NCBI GenBank assembly: GCA_963727825.1
Contig: CAVSHO010000011.1
Coordinates: forward strand, 288,001-352,000
From: Ignavibacteriota bacterium
GTDB taxonomy: Bacteria > Bacteroidota > Ignavibacteria > UBA10030
Length of the DNA stretch: 64,000 bases
Direction of reading: 5' to 3'
Program-made: the position numbers and the translations under genes
The notes under the pieces: generated by a model
Told to the model about the DNA's origin: nothing
What the model saw: the letters and a program-made list of their open reading frames with translations, nothing else
Databases searched by the model: none
Shown: one piece after another, positions 31,201 to 40,145 of the stretch
Numbering within the stretch: the stretch's first letter is position 1
Layout: every line of letters begins with the position of its first letter

Positions 31201-32176
31201 AATTCGTGGGAAGTGACACGTTGCCGGCTTCTACACTCTGCACAAGTTCGTCTTCATAACCTTGATACTTAACATGGAGTTGATTTTCGTACTCGAACGT
31301 GCGCTGAGTATTCCAATCGGCATCAACCTTCAACTTATCGCCAATTTCGCCCTTAACATTCACTTGAATTTCTTGTGAAAAATCAGGTGTACTTTGGCTC
31401 TGCCCTAATGCGCTTGATGTATATAGGTCAGATTTAACATTACGAAATGCAGCATGAATATCAATTGCACCATTGATAGTCATCGATATTTTGCTTGGGC
31501 CGAATATGCTGAACATTGGTATTTTTGGAACCGGAACCTCAATCTTTGTGAACTTGCTAAACACATCGCCCAATGAGGTTTTTGTTTCACCTTGAACCAG
31601 ATAGAATTGAGTTATCGTTTCCCAATTTTGCCGCACGGCTTGCTTCAACCGAAGCGAGGAATATTCTTCTATTGGTACTTCGGTTGATAAGTGCGTATCC
31701 TTGTCATTCACAGTTTCACGCAGGCGGTACACCCATCTAGTGGAATCTAAAATCGCCTGATGCTTGACTATGAGCGGATCAGAAAGAAAAAGTGGATGAT
31801 TTTTGTGATATATACCGTCTTCAGCCGGCTTATCTTTGCGGACATATTGAAATTGTGCAAGTCGTGCAGAAGAATCCCGCGGGAGTGCACGGATTGCTGC
31901 TAATGTAATGCGAGAAGTATCGTAAAAGACAGTACTAGCCGTATTGATTGATGTGCGTCGCTGTGCAGCTTTGGCGTGTCGAGAGAGTTTGCCTGTTGAA
32001 TGTTGCTGTTGTGACAGCGTCGAATCCGACCCAGCAACGAATTGATATACCTCGTCATTCGCTGCGGACGTATAGTTAGATGCTTCAGTTGGCATCTGGC
32101 AGAAAAAAACCAGAGCGAACAGCGCACTACTCCACCATACACTTCCTATCCGAATAATGAATTTATGCGGAACCAC
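25247..32176 (-). CDS. sprA: T9SS outer-membrane translocon SprA/Sov
   Basis: 2309 aa; YQGYEDELVQSVEAGNVS, KVRLGEEP, YIDDFEG, PDTEDLNRNG, LWVDELRL conserved SprA blocks. Confidence 0.92.
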   Translation of the reverse strand: MVPHKFIIRIGSVWWSSALFALVFFCQMPTEASNYTSAANDEVYQFVAGSDSTLSQQQHSTGKLSRHAKAAQRRTSINTASTVFYDTSRITLAAIRALPRDSSARLAQFQYVRKDKPAEDGIYHKNHPLFLSDPLIVKHQAILDSTRWVYRLRETVNDKDTHLSTEVPIEEYSSLRLKQAVRQNWETITQFYLVQGETKTSLGDVFSKFTKIEVPVPKIPMFSIFGPSKISMTINGAIDIHAAFRNVKSDLYTSSALGQSQSTPDFSQEIQVNVKGEIGDKLKVDADWNTQRTFEYENQLHVKYQGYEDELVQSVEAGNVSLPTNSSFISGGSALFGIMAKFQIGPLRLTTVTTQKKGQIKQLSVSGGGQSNAVVLRPSDYSKCHFFIDTSYIKFYENVYQVPTLINSDMQNNRIVQIEVWVSTKTEMDPAKFRNVLALMDQAKVDSAIKDSTLRIPGTWTPTPGQVEEGKFIKLDQSAYSYDQYAGIISLQSQPQDDQVVAVCYSINNGGNIKTIGQSSQTQKSSLNLILKLVRPSQLSSTVQPAWSMMVKNRYFLGGTNIDKTNFQFNVEYDLPGQTPATSVTTSNVGVMEMLGLDRFSADNSANPDKVFDYIPGVTINEARGEIIFPTVEPFDSSSMVKYFIKHGGDAAQNAQKYAGQYAYGAIYIQDLSIAVNDPRNLYYMRGTVKTAQSASYSIGYNVVEGSVQVIVDGQSATPGVDYTVDYISGQVVIRNQAYLSPGRNIQIKYEANDMFQLASKSLLGARAEVNLNKNTLLGFTIMNYSQQSLSEKVRLGEEPISNTIMGIDGGTTLDARWLTNALDYLPGAKTTALSQITLHGEAAYMMPNPNTRTSPISSDGGKSVAYIDDFEGAKQIIPLGNTYSAWKDASAPWFINNLDTYIPQYDSINGPGYIPTSQDLYSSGIMPDTSKMEYKAQACWFNVIPTDIITSTIWDKNRKTDIQGQDQVTSLDFYFHPERRGEFNYSMNLQNTIGLDNPDPNSHKKSWAGIQHILGTSSTNLVDQNVAFIEFWINIVSDKLDNDSAKLNIDIGYISEDVIPNHTLNTEDGLDNPAHIPTGVLNPSYDWGLDTINDAMERVYYSKFLDHYKTTHPEYNNDPSGDDFSHLPIGNGSPLDTSMAEQYEGVDGTEGNSVSDAGHLPDTEDLNRNGKVDLLNSYFEYEVPLDTADSRFQNLIIGTGTGTDHNKWHQIRIPLAGYNRKIGEPTFTNVEGVRIWVTGAGKPLLFRLVDLNLVGNQWQKRVLTDSSFEVSVVNEEDDPLYTMPDPNLRTQDPTQVTQTVLSNEQSLDIIVPNLQDGQYREVVKYMTTNPISMIHYGTLKMFVHGEEGNDPTKNYKRFKYTDTTNYDAEMFLHFGDDTSNYYEYREPVHPGWTGNDVVIKFSDLTALKVLIDSTNISPRKAVPGGWPGATYQIRGNPRLDRVQFISIGIKNPENKGAPVISGELWVDELRLTDVDNTHGWAYKVDANIKLADIGNIAFSFSKRDPFFHGLEDQFGTLNTNRTWSLSTSFAIDKFLPETWNGSVFSLSYSHAESIDQPLYLPGTDILVEKAAQYANADSVRSQSETMSITDSYSVPMLKFNIPIKTWLVSETINKMSFGYNYTKSFQRNPSTEYANAWGWNANLKYGTQFNPNNYLSLGTLKFFFTPQILNFGATLSRSQSWSKDRSQETGNDTVRNLSAQRSMDFTWQFFKGGLFDLGVNYNVNIGSTLVRFETDRYGNQRSFSDILNDIFFSDRLINFGIDQNYGQAITLNTKVTAPEALMLDKIFTPNLHYSVNYNWTNNLQAGPIGRSAGWSNAPSLSLDVNLKPITDAIWSPTQVQAPAPTNVDTSKKGSPFNLLKQFDRISRIVFKNTIFDFEKFSFSFTQSNTAQNSGVLGGSGFANIFARAPFFQSSLDENGPKFLYQFGLISDPNGELVLKTKGTFPFFYGYTDTIPGIRAANANITDAFSQNNQIAIHTSRPLWTGATIQLDWKVGWTYSENRTSTTDSLGHIIPSSISNTVSGDLDRSYISLPFLKTNLDNVNNIFNGMKQDVNDTRDDASKLSQAFEQGMETLPWLSKILGSLAPRANWSIHWDGLENISFLKSFVSRISLDNAYTSDFKQRWQMTPTTDPITGMTSMTEATTSETVTYGFSPLIGINITFKDIIKGNLSTTFRYGTTTSYDLVPSSQNATETSTSDISATATYSRQGFELPFFGISLMNNIDITINYGYSHNTSVLFDFNNFQKDGLPMGGLGRTTIEPRIRYTLSERVTASVYYRYTRLAPDAGGSTTPGSTTNEGGLDVHVLIQ

Positions 32177-32342
32177 GAGCGCTCGTTAATCGTTCAATTA
32201 ATAGATATTACTATTTAACAGCCAGTTCAGAATGGTCGCAACCGTTCGATATGGCTCCGGGAGGGTTTTAAATGAGGGTATATAAAAAAACCGATATTCA
32301 TGATGCTAAATGCATTTTCTAATAGACATACTACTTAGCAAA

Positions 32343-32371
32343 AATTTAGCGAAAAGAAGTCGAAATTGCAA
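32343..32371 (-). promoter_or_regulatory. Putative promoter of the sprA operon
   Basis: Minus strand TTGCAA-17 nt-TAAATT. Confidence 0.5.
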
Positions 32372-32403
32372 GCCCTGTTTAAGAACAAAATGACAATATT
32401 TTG

Positions 32404-32772
32404 CTATTGTTTACTTTGCTTGAACGCAAGCAGTATTGTTTTAACGTTCTCATATTCATTCTCTATTTCCGCCACACTGCTGCCTTCTGGGATCGATTTG
32501 CCTGCACGTCCTATTTCTTCTAATTTCAGACAAAGTGCGCCTAGTTCTTTGGCACCAAGATTCAAACTGCTTCCTTTAAGCGTGTGTGCGGCAATCATCA
32601 AAGCGGGGAAGGCTTGTGTAGTCAACGCCGATGCAATTGCCTGAATTTGTTTCGGTGTTTCATTTATATATATATCTATCAATTCAATAACAAATTCCGA
32701 ATCTGTTTCCTGTTCCAATTCCTGCAGTCGTGTAAGAAGAGGATTCGAAGGTGTTGTGTCTGTTGTGGGCAT
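32404..32772 (-). CDS. Hpt histidine phosphotransfer protein
   Basis: AAHTLKGSSLNLGA...LEE. Confidence 0.92.
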   Translation of the reverse strand: MPTTDTTPSNPLLTRLQELEQETDSEFVIELIDIYINETPKQIQAIASALTTQAFPALMIAAHTLKGSSLNLGAKELGALCLKLEEIGRAGKSIPEGSSVAEIENEYENVKTILLAFKQSKQ

Positions 32773-32784
32773 ATTATTCTTTCG

Positions 32785-35700
32785 TTAGGATTGACCGTGA
32801 ATTGTTTCATACCATTTTTTTATAATGCGTCTGACTTCATCGATAAGAATTGGTTTGCTCATATAGTCATTCATTCCAACTTCTATGCATTTTTCACGAT
32901 CGCCCAGTATTGCATTCGCTGTCATCGCAATGATAATAGGTTGATTTGTCTTTGAAACATCAGTGCGGATACGCCGCGTCGCCTCATATCCATCCATCTC
33001 GGGCATTTGGATATCCATTAATACTATATCGTATTTCTTCTTGAGTGCTGCATTTAACGCTTCCAATCCATTATTCGCTATATCAACTTCCTCGCCAAGA
33101 ATTTTTAATACACGTACTATTAGTTTCTGATTAATGATATTGTCCTCCGCGATTAGGATATTCATTGGTGGGAGGGCAAGGCGCTTCTCCGGCGATGCAC
33201 CAATGACAGACGACGATAATGGCACACCCGTCAATTGTTTCACTATTGCAGCAAGCGCTTCGTATAATACACGGTGCCGAACGGGTTTTAGAACCACATG
33301 AAGAATTTCATTATTAGTTCTGACGATTTGGTCGCGTTTCGCTCGTAGAGCTAAAATAATGAACGCAACATCAGACTTTCCGTTTGCTCTGCGTATTTTT
33401 TCTTTTAAATGCATCCCGCTGTAATCTGTTGGTGTTTGCTCTGCAACCACGACATCGAACGACTGATTATCTTTAATGAAGGAAAGAGCTTCCTCTACCG
33501 TTGCAGCAGAACGTGTAATAAATCCCCATTCTAACAACAAGTTTTCTATTATTTGACGGCATGTTTTATTGTCATCGATAACTAATGCTTTCTTTGTTTT
33601 GTTGATCAAAGGCGGACACAAATTCTGTTCTTGCAAATCTTTGGTGTATTCAGATACGTTGATCGTAAAGCGGAATGTGCTGCCTTCCGTGGATTTGCTT
33701 TCAACCCAGATATGGCCATCGAGCAAAGCGACAGCGCGTGCACAGATAGCAAGTCCAAGTCCTGATCCGCCATATTTTCTAGTAGAAGACGAATCGATTT
33801 GAGAAAACGGTCTGAATAGTTTGTGAATTCGATCAGATGGAATGCCGATACCAGTGTCCTGTACAGAGAAAAGAAGTTCAACTTTACCGTCTTTCTCTGA
33901 GACCTTCGATACATTGATGTATATTTCGCCGTGTTCAGTAAATTTAACGGCATTGCTAACGAGATTTACAAGCACCTGCCGTAATCGTGTTGCATCAACC
34001 ACGACTACTTGCGGTATTTTTTCATCAATCCAATATACGAGATCAATGTTTTTTTGATCTGCTTGAATGGCATACAGATCAAAAGTTTCCTCGATACAGG
34101 TTTCAATGCGGAATGGATGTTCTTCCAATTCAATTTCGTTCGACTCAATTTTCGAGAAATCAAGAATATCGTTTATGACATTAAGCAAAGCATCTCCGCT
34201 CAATCGTATAGTTTCTACATATTCTTGTTGCTCGGCTGTGAGTTGAGTTTCAGCCAGTAGACTGATCGTTCCAATAATACCATTCATCGGTGTTCGTATT
34301 TCGTGACTCATATTGGCAAGAAATTCGCTTTTTGCTTTATTTGCAATTTCTGCCGCTTCCTTTGCTTGCCGAAGCTCTTCATGAGCCCGTTTGGATTCTG
34401 TAATATCTTGTGCAACAATTAACATCGCGCTGTGATCGTCAAAATCCAAATTATGCCAAGATAGATGAACATCAATTACGGTGCCATCTTTGAGGCAATG
34501 TTTACGTTCCGCTGTATCGGACTCTCTTGTTTTAATTGTTTTAAGTGCTTCCTGCAAACTATCGATATCTTCTGGAGAACTGAGATCCATTATGTTCATT
34601 GCAAGAAATTCTTCCCTTGAATATCCATAATGATTGATGGCTGCGTTATTCACTTCCAGAAATTTGTAGGATTCAAGATCAACTACCCCAGTGGGTATCG
34701 GATTGTTTTCGAAAAAAATACGGAATCGTTTTGCACTTGAGCGTATTGCCTGTTCCGCTTTCTTGTGTTCCGTAATATCACGGTAAGCACTAAGAATCAT
34801 TTTCCGATCATTATATTTTATCAATGAAGAAGACATTAAGAGAATTTTCTTCTCGCCGGATTTTGAACGAATCGTTATTTCAGATTCGAGACCTCTGTTG
34901 GCAATTAACAATTCTTTCTGATTAGAGAGTATCCTTCGATATTCGTCTTCAGTTGAAGAAAGTAACCTGTTGAAATCAGGATTGTCGTTTGCTTCATTCA
35001 AGGAATAGCCGGTGAGTTCTTCCATGCGATGATTAAATACTTCGAAGAATCCACTTTCATCGCTCAATGTAATTCCTTCATTTACCGTGTTGATAATAGT
35101 CAATAATTTACGTTCACTTTCAGCAACACGTTCATCAATACGTTTTTTTTCGGTGATGTCGCGAGCCACGACAGAAAATCCTGTAATCTTTTCGCTTTGA
35201 AACAGCAAGTACACATTCTGCCCGAGCCAAACAATACTGCCATCTTTTGCCAGAGCTGGAACTTCATGAGATGTTATCGGTATCCTTTTGAGAAACTGTA
35301 CACTATAATATTTTTCAACAGACTTACGATACGACGGATGAACCAACTCACGGTAGTGATGACCAATGAGCTCGTTTTGATCATATTTAAGCAACCGGGT
35401 TGCAGCAGGATTGAAGAATGTGATAAAACCGTCTTTGTCTGTCCGATAAATGAGTTCATTTGCAGAATCAATAATATGTTTATATTCTTGCTGGCTGTTC
35501 CGCAACTCTTGCTCAATGCGTTTATTTTCTGCCAATTTTTTTCCCAACGTGCGAACATTACGGCGCAATTCAAGCTGCGATACTACAAGATGGCTCAATT
35601 CTTTAAGAGCAGACTGTTGTTTCTCTGTCAATGTACGAGGCTTTGTATCTAAGATACAAAGTGTGCCAAGTATATTTCCTTGTGGACTTATAAGCGGTGC

Positions 35701-36024
35701 CCCGGCATAAAAACGAAACTTTGGACATTGCATTACAATCGGTAAAGACGAGAAGCGATCATCTTTTTCCGTATTCTCAATAAGAAATAATTCTTTTTGT
35801 TTTATCGCTTCATCACAGAACGATTGACTGCGCTGCATTTCTTGTCCATCAAATCCTATTTTCGATTTGAACCACACTCTTTCCGCATCCACGAGGCTGA
35901 TAAGTGCAATTGGCACAGCACAAATTTGCGACGCAATAGATGTTATCGTATCAAATTCAGCTTCAGGTTGAGTATCAAGAATTTCATAGTCGTGAAGTTC
36001 TTGAAGTCGCTCTTTTTCGTTCAT
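32785..36024 (-). CDS. Cytoplasmic hybrid histidine kinase GAF-PASx3-HisKA-HATPase-pseudoREC-REC
   Basis: RFYAGAPL GAF; FLANMSHEIRTPMNG H box; NAVKFT, DTGIG, GSGLGL; final REC LMDIQMP. Confidence 0.93.
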   Translation of the reverse strand: MNEKERLQELHDYEILDTQPEAEFDTITSIASQICAVPIALISLVDAERVWFKSKIGFDGQEMQRSQSFCDEAIKQKELFLIENTEKDDRFSSLPIVMQCPKFRFYAGAPLISPQGNILGTLCILDTKPRTLTEKQQSALKELSHLVVSQLELRRNVRTLGKKLAENKRIEQELRNSQQEYKHIIDSANELIYRTDKDGFITFFNPAATRLLKYDQNELIGHHYRELVHPSYRKSVEKYYSVQFLKRIPITSHEVPALAKDGSIVWLGQNVYLLFQSEKITGFSVVARDITEKKRIDERVAESERKLLTIINTVNEGITLSDESGFFEVFNHRMEELTGYSLNEANDNPDFNRLLSSTEDEYRRILSNQKELLIANRGLESEITIRSKSGEKKILLMSSSLIKYNDRKMILSAYRDITEHKKAEQAIRSSAKRFRIFFENNPIPTGVVDLESYKFLEVNNAAINHYGYSREEFLAMNIMDLSSPEDIDSLQEALKTIKTRESDTAERKHCLKDGTVIDVHLSWHNLDFDDHSAMLIVAQDITESKRAHEELRQAKEAAEIANKAKSEFLANMSHEIRTPMNGIIGTISLLAETQLTAEQQEYVETIRLSGDALLNVINDILDFSKIESNEIELEEHPFRIETCIEETFDLYAIQADQKNIDLVYWIDEKIPQVVVVDATRLRQVLVNLVSNAVKFTEHGEIYINVSKVSEKDGKVELLFSVQDTGIGIPSDRIHKLFRPFSQIDSSSTRKYGGSGLGLAICARAVALLDGHIWVESKSTEGSTFRFTINVSEYTKDLQEQNLCPPLINKTKKALVIDDNKTCRQIIENLLLEWGFITRSAATVEEALSFIKDNQSFDVVVAEQTPTDYSGMHLKEKIRRANGKSDVAFIILALRAKRDQIVRTNNEILHVVLKPVRHRVLYEALAAIVKQLTGVPLSSSVIGASPEKRLALPPMNILIAEDNIINQKLIVRVLKILGEEVDIANNGLEALNAALKKKYDIVLMDIQMPEMDGYEATRRIRTDVSKTNQPIIIAMTANAILGDREKCIEVGMNDYMSKPILIDEVRRIIKKWYETIHGQS

Positions 36025-36122
36025 TTTTTTAATTATTTTTTTCTGTCATCAAGTAATCTCTTGACAATGGCCACTGGAATAAAGTGTCAAGAGTTGATTC
36101 TCTGCATTTTAGCGATATTGAT

Positions 36123-38507
36123 TCAATGTCGACGTTTATTATTTCTTTGACCTTTTGGTACCGCTATTCCTTTGATCATTCCAGCCCGCTTCTTTGGTGT
36201 AATATCGCGTTGTGTTCCCCAAACACGCACAAGTTTTTCTCTTTCAACAACACCGATCATATTATTCAACAAATATTTCGATTTTCCTTCCTTGTCAATT
36301 TTGTGAGAAGTAGCATCGACAAGCCGATAATTCGAGCGAATAAACGAGCGTAAATATTCAATATTTGCCGGATCTGACGGATCAAGCAGATCTTTCACTT
36401 TCGTTCCGAGAAGCTGTTCGGCAGATTCAAGACCATACATTCTTGCCATCATATCGTTACATTCTGTTAAATAACCAGTTTCCATTAAGTATTTAATTTG
36501 TCTTTCTTCGGATAAACTGATAGGCATCGGCTCAGGCGATTCAAAGCACCAGATTGCCTCGGCACTTTGTTCGATAAATGCACGGAACCGTTCTTCACTG
36601 ATTCGCAATGCTTCCTGCACATTCTTCAATTCTGTGATATCTGTAATCGTTCCTTCATAATATAGAATATCACCAAGTCGGCTCCGGACTACTCGTGCAT
36701 TTTCTAATACATCGATGATTTGACCATCTTTCCGCCGGAGTTTAAACTCAGCGTTTTTAATCCGTTCCCCCTTATTGAGAAGTTCTAAGTACCGCCGCCG
36801 TTCTTCTGAATCAACGAAGAGCTCTTTCTCAATATTGAGAAGCAACAAATCGATTTCAGATTCGTACCCAAGCATTCGAGCCAATGCAGGATTTGCTGTT
36901 AATATTTCCCCATCTGGAGTAGTTTGATAGACGCCGTCTAACACGTTTTCTATCAACGTTCGGTATTTTGCTTCCGAACCACGAATGGCTTGTTCTGCTT
37001 TAATTCGCTCCGTTACATCTCGCAGTACAACTTGAATAGCGAATTTTCCTTGCCACAAAAATGGCATCGCTGCGACCTCTGCTTCAAATGTTGTCCCATC
37101 CAACCGGATAAATTTCTCTTCAATAGTTGGTACACGTTTTCCCTGCTTTGACATTTGCAGGATCCGATCTTTAACAATGACACGATAATCTGGATGAACC
37201 ATTTCTACGACTGACCGCCCAACCAAATCGTCCGGTGACTTGCCCGCAAATATTTGTACCGCGGCAGTGTTGACAAATACTAACTTGCCGCCGGTATGAA
37301 CAATAATTGGGTCGGGTGAGAGTTCAACAAGTGTACGGTATCGTTCCTCGCTCTCGCGTAATGCTTGTTCAGCGCGATTTTTTTCTGTAATATCACGCGA
37401 TACTCCCATTACACCGATCATGTCACCTTTTGCATTTCTTAGAACGGAAGCCGATAGTAAACTCCGGAATAACTCGCCATTTTTTCGTTTGTTCACGACT
37501 TCCTGAACGCAGCGACCTTGTTCCACCGTCGTTTTGTGTACCTTATTGCTTTCCTCAGGATTAGCAAATAAGATGCTTATATGTTTTCCTAAAACTTCTT
37601 TGATACTATAACCGAACGTCTCTTCAGCGGCTTTATTAAACTCGATAATATTACGATTTTTATCATTTGCAATAATCATATCGAGTGAACTGTTGATAAT
37701 ATTTTGTGCGTATTCCTGCGATGTTTTCAGCGCTTCTTGAACTCGTTTTCGTTCCGTAACATCCTGAAAAACTAGCACAACCCCAACTATCTTTCCAAGT
37801 TCATCTATAATTGGTGATGCACTCTCATCAATTGGAATTTCTTTCCCTTCGCGCGAGATAAGTGTTGCATGGTTTTTCAATACCGCAGTAATTCTATTCT
37901 TTAAAATTTGGTCTACCGGGTTTGTAAAGTTAAGCTCAATTGATTTTTCTGCAGTACGGAATACTTTCAGCAAATCTTTTCCAAGTGATTCGTTAATTTT
38001 CCAACCAGTAAGATTTTCCGCTGCAGTATTCATAAACTTGATTGTGCCCGACGTATCTGTAGAAATGACAGCTTCGCCAATACTTCGTAGCGTTGTACCG
38101 TACCAAGTTTCATTCTCTTTGAACTTCCGTTCTAATTCCCTTCTGTAGAGAGCCATCTCGATAGTCGTATGAAGTTCTCTCTCTTCAAATGGTTTAAGGA
38201 GGTATCCGAACGGTTCTATTGTACTGGCACGCTTGAGTGAATCGTTATCTGCATATGCACTAATGAAGACAACTGCAATTCCGTGTTGAAACCGAAGTGC
38301 TGAAGCCGTTTCAATTCCATCCATCCCGCCCTTCAATCGGAGATCCATTAATACTAAATCAGGTGATGTAGCAATTGCTTTCTTAACTGCTTCTTCACCT
38401 GTCGAAACGATATCCACAATGTTATATCCAAGATTCACTAATCGTTTCTGAATATCTTTCGCAACGATGTTTTCATCTTCAACGATTAATATTTTAGGAT
38501 TCACCAT
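36123..38507 (-). CDS. Response regulator receiver followed by about 5 PAS domains, no output domain
   Basis: ILIVEDE...LMDLRL...KPF REC; repeated PAC ends QDVTERK, RDITEKN, RDVTERI, TDITELK, RDITPKK. Confidence 0.88.
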   Translation of the reverse strand: MVNPKILIVEDENIVAKDIQKRLVNLGYNIVDIVSTGEEAVKKAIATSPDLVLMDLRLKGGMDGIETASALRFQHGIAVVFISAYADNDSLKRASTIEPFGYLLKPFEERELHTTIEMALYRRELERKFKENETWYGTTLRSIGEAVISTDTSGTIKFMNTAAENLTGWKINESLGKDLLKVFRTAEKSIELNFTNPVDQILKNRITAVLKNHATLISREGKEIPIDESASPIIDELGKIVGVVLVFQDVTERKRVQEALKTSQEYAQNIINSSLDMIIANDKNRNIIEFNKAAEETFGYSIKEVLGKHISILFANPEESNKVHKTTVEQGRCVQEVVNKRKNGELFRSLLSASVLRNAKGDMIGVMGVSRDITEKNRAEQALRESEERYRTLVELSPDPIIVHTGGKLVFVNTAAVQIFAGKSPDDLVGRSVVEMVHPDYRVIVKDRILQMSKQGKRVPTIEEKFIRLDGTTFEAEVAAMPFLWQGKFAIQVVLRDVTERIKAEQAIRGSEAKYRTLIENVLDGVYQTTPDGEILTANPALARMLGYESEIDLLLLNIEKELFVDSEERRRYLELLNKGERIKNAEFKLRRKDGQIIDVLENARVVRSRLGDILYYEGTITDITELKNVQEALRISEERFRAFIEQSAEAIWCFESPEPMPISLSEERQIKYLMETGYLTECNDMMARMYGLESAEQLLGTKVKDLLDPSDPANIEYLRSFIRSNYRLVDATSHKIDKEGKSKYLLNNMIGVVEREKLVRVWGTQRDITPKKRAGMIKGIAVPKGQRNNKRRH

Positions 38508-38737
38508 TATTTATGCCGTCCTTCTCATAGTGCCACGAGTTCAACCTTTATATATCTTGGAATTGAGTGTCGAGATGATTTGCTGTTGCGCAATAAATGA
38601 GCTTACAATCACAAGTACTTCAGTGCGATTCTTAATCATTATAATTCATTTTCGAGCAAGGAATACCTCTACAGCACAACTACCCTATACATTTGAAATA
38701 TACTTACCATCAAGGGCAAAGGCAATATATAAGAAAC

Positions 38738-38766
38738 TTGTAAAGAGCAGACATTCTCGTTATATT
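38738..38766 (+). promoter_or_regulatory. Putative promoter of lptF, probably leaderless
   Basis: TTGTAA-17 nt-TATATT, 8 nt before the ATG; no SD. Confidence 0.5.
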
Positions 38767-38774
38767 TCGATTAG

Positions 38775-40145
38775 ATGTTTATATTATGGCGACATATCCT
38801 CCGTGTGCACATCGGACCATTTATCTTTTCCGTAGTCTTGATGATGTGTATATTTCTGCTCCAATTCCTTATGAAATTCCTCGACCAGTTAACTGGAAAA
38901 GGATTAAGTGCAGCAGTTATTGCTGAATTAATTACACTCAACCTGGCATGGATGCTTGTATTAGCAGTACCGATGGGTGTGCTTGTAGCGACATTAATGG
39001 CATTTGGAGGATTAGCATCTACAAGCCAGATTACCGCAATGCGGGCAAGCGGTGTAAGTCTTTATCGAATGATTGCGCCGATAATTTGCGCTTCCGTTGT
39101 AATTTGTCTTCTTCTGATCAGCTTCAATAACGATGTATTACCCGATGCCAATCACCGCACGAAAGTATTAACAAACGATATTTCTCATAAGAAACCAACC
39201 TTGACTTTAGTACCCGGAATGTTCATCCAATTAGTGCAAGGACACAGTATTTTAGTCAGAAAAACATTCGAGCATTCCAACGATCTTGAAGGTGTAACAA
39301 TTCTCGACTACTCCGATCCAATGATGACTTCCACTATTACAGCGCACCATGGAACGATTTCCTTCTCCACCGATTATCGAAAACTTGTAATGGATTTATC
39401 GGACGGTGAAATTCATCAAGTTAATAATCAAATCAAAAGCCAGTATCGCGTTATCCGATTTCAAAAACATAGAATTGTAATGGATGCAGAGGGATTCAAC
39501 TTCCAGCGTTCGCGCGAAACAGATATTTCGCGTGGTGGCCGTGAGATGAGCGTACAAATGATGTCGCATTATGTGGACAGCATTCGAACATTACAAGTTA
39601 ATACAGAACATCATTTATATGAACTCACAGGCAAGCGGCAGGAGGATATTCTAAATGTCAAGAACTCCATTGAGCCCTCCGTGATTTTTACGTCACCCCT
39701 TAATGGAATAAAGGCAGATCCATCGAAACAAGCTGCAATTCGTTCTGATCTTTTTAATATTAATATTTATGAGCGGATAATTCGTTCATATTTAGTAGAA
39801 ATTCATAAAAAATTTTCTATTCCATTTGCTTGTATAATTTTTGTATTTATTGGTGCACCTCTTGGTATTATGTCGCGGCGTGGAACATTCGGCATGAGTG
39901 CAAGTCTTAGTTTGGGGTTTTTTACATTTTATTGGGCGTGCCTGAGGGGGGGCGAGAATCTCGCTGACCGGGGCTACTTTGATCCTTGGGTCGGAATGTG
40001 GGTCGCAAATATTGTTTTGGGGATCATTGGATTGTACCTGACTGTGCGAACAGCAAGAGAGAACCCCACTATTGATTGGTCGCGACTCGCCCGATTGGTT
40101 CCAAAATCGTGGCGATCAGACTCTCGCTCACCGGAGGAAACATGA
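38775..40145 (+). CDS. lptF: LPS export permease LptF
   Basis: YjgP/Q family: ITAMRASGVSLYRM, EIHKKFSIPFAC, WVANI. Confidence 0.85.
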   Translation: MFILWRHILRVHIGPFIFSVVLMMCIFLLQFLMKFLDQLTGKGLSAAVIAELITLNLAWMLVLAVPMGVLVATLMAFGGLASTSQITAMRASGVSLYRMIAPIICASVVICLLLISFNNDVLPDANHRTKVLTNDISHKKPTLTLVPGMFIQLVQGHSILVRKTFEHSNDLEGVTILDYSDPMMTSTITAHHGTISFSTDYRKLVMDLSDGEIHQVNNQIKSQYRVIRFQKHRIVMDAEGFNFQRSRETDISRGGREMSVQMMSHYVDSIRTLQVNTEHHLYELTGKRQEDILNVKNSIEPSVIFTSPLNGIKADPSKQAAIRSDLFNINIYERIIRSYLVEIHKKFSIPFACIIFVFIGAPLGIMSRRGTFGMSASLSLGFFTFYWACLRGGENLADRGYFDPWVGMWVANIVLGIIGLYLTVRTARENPTIDWSRLARLVPKSWRSDSRSPEET

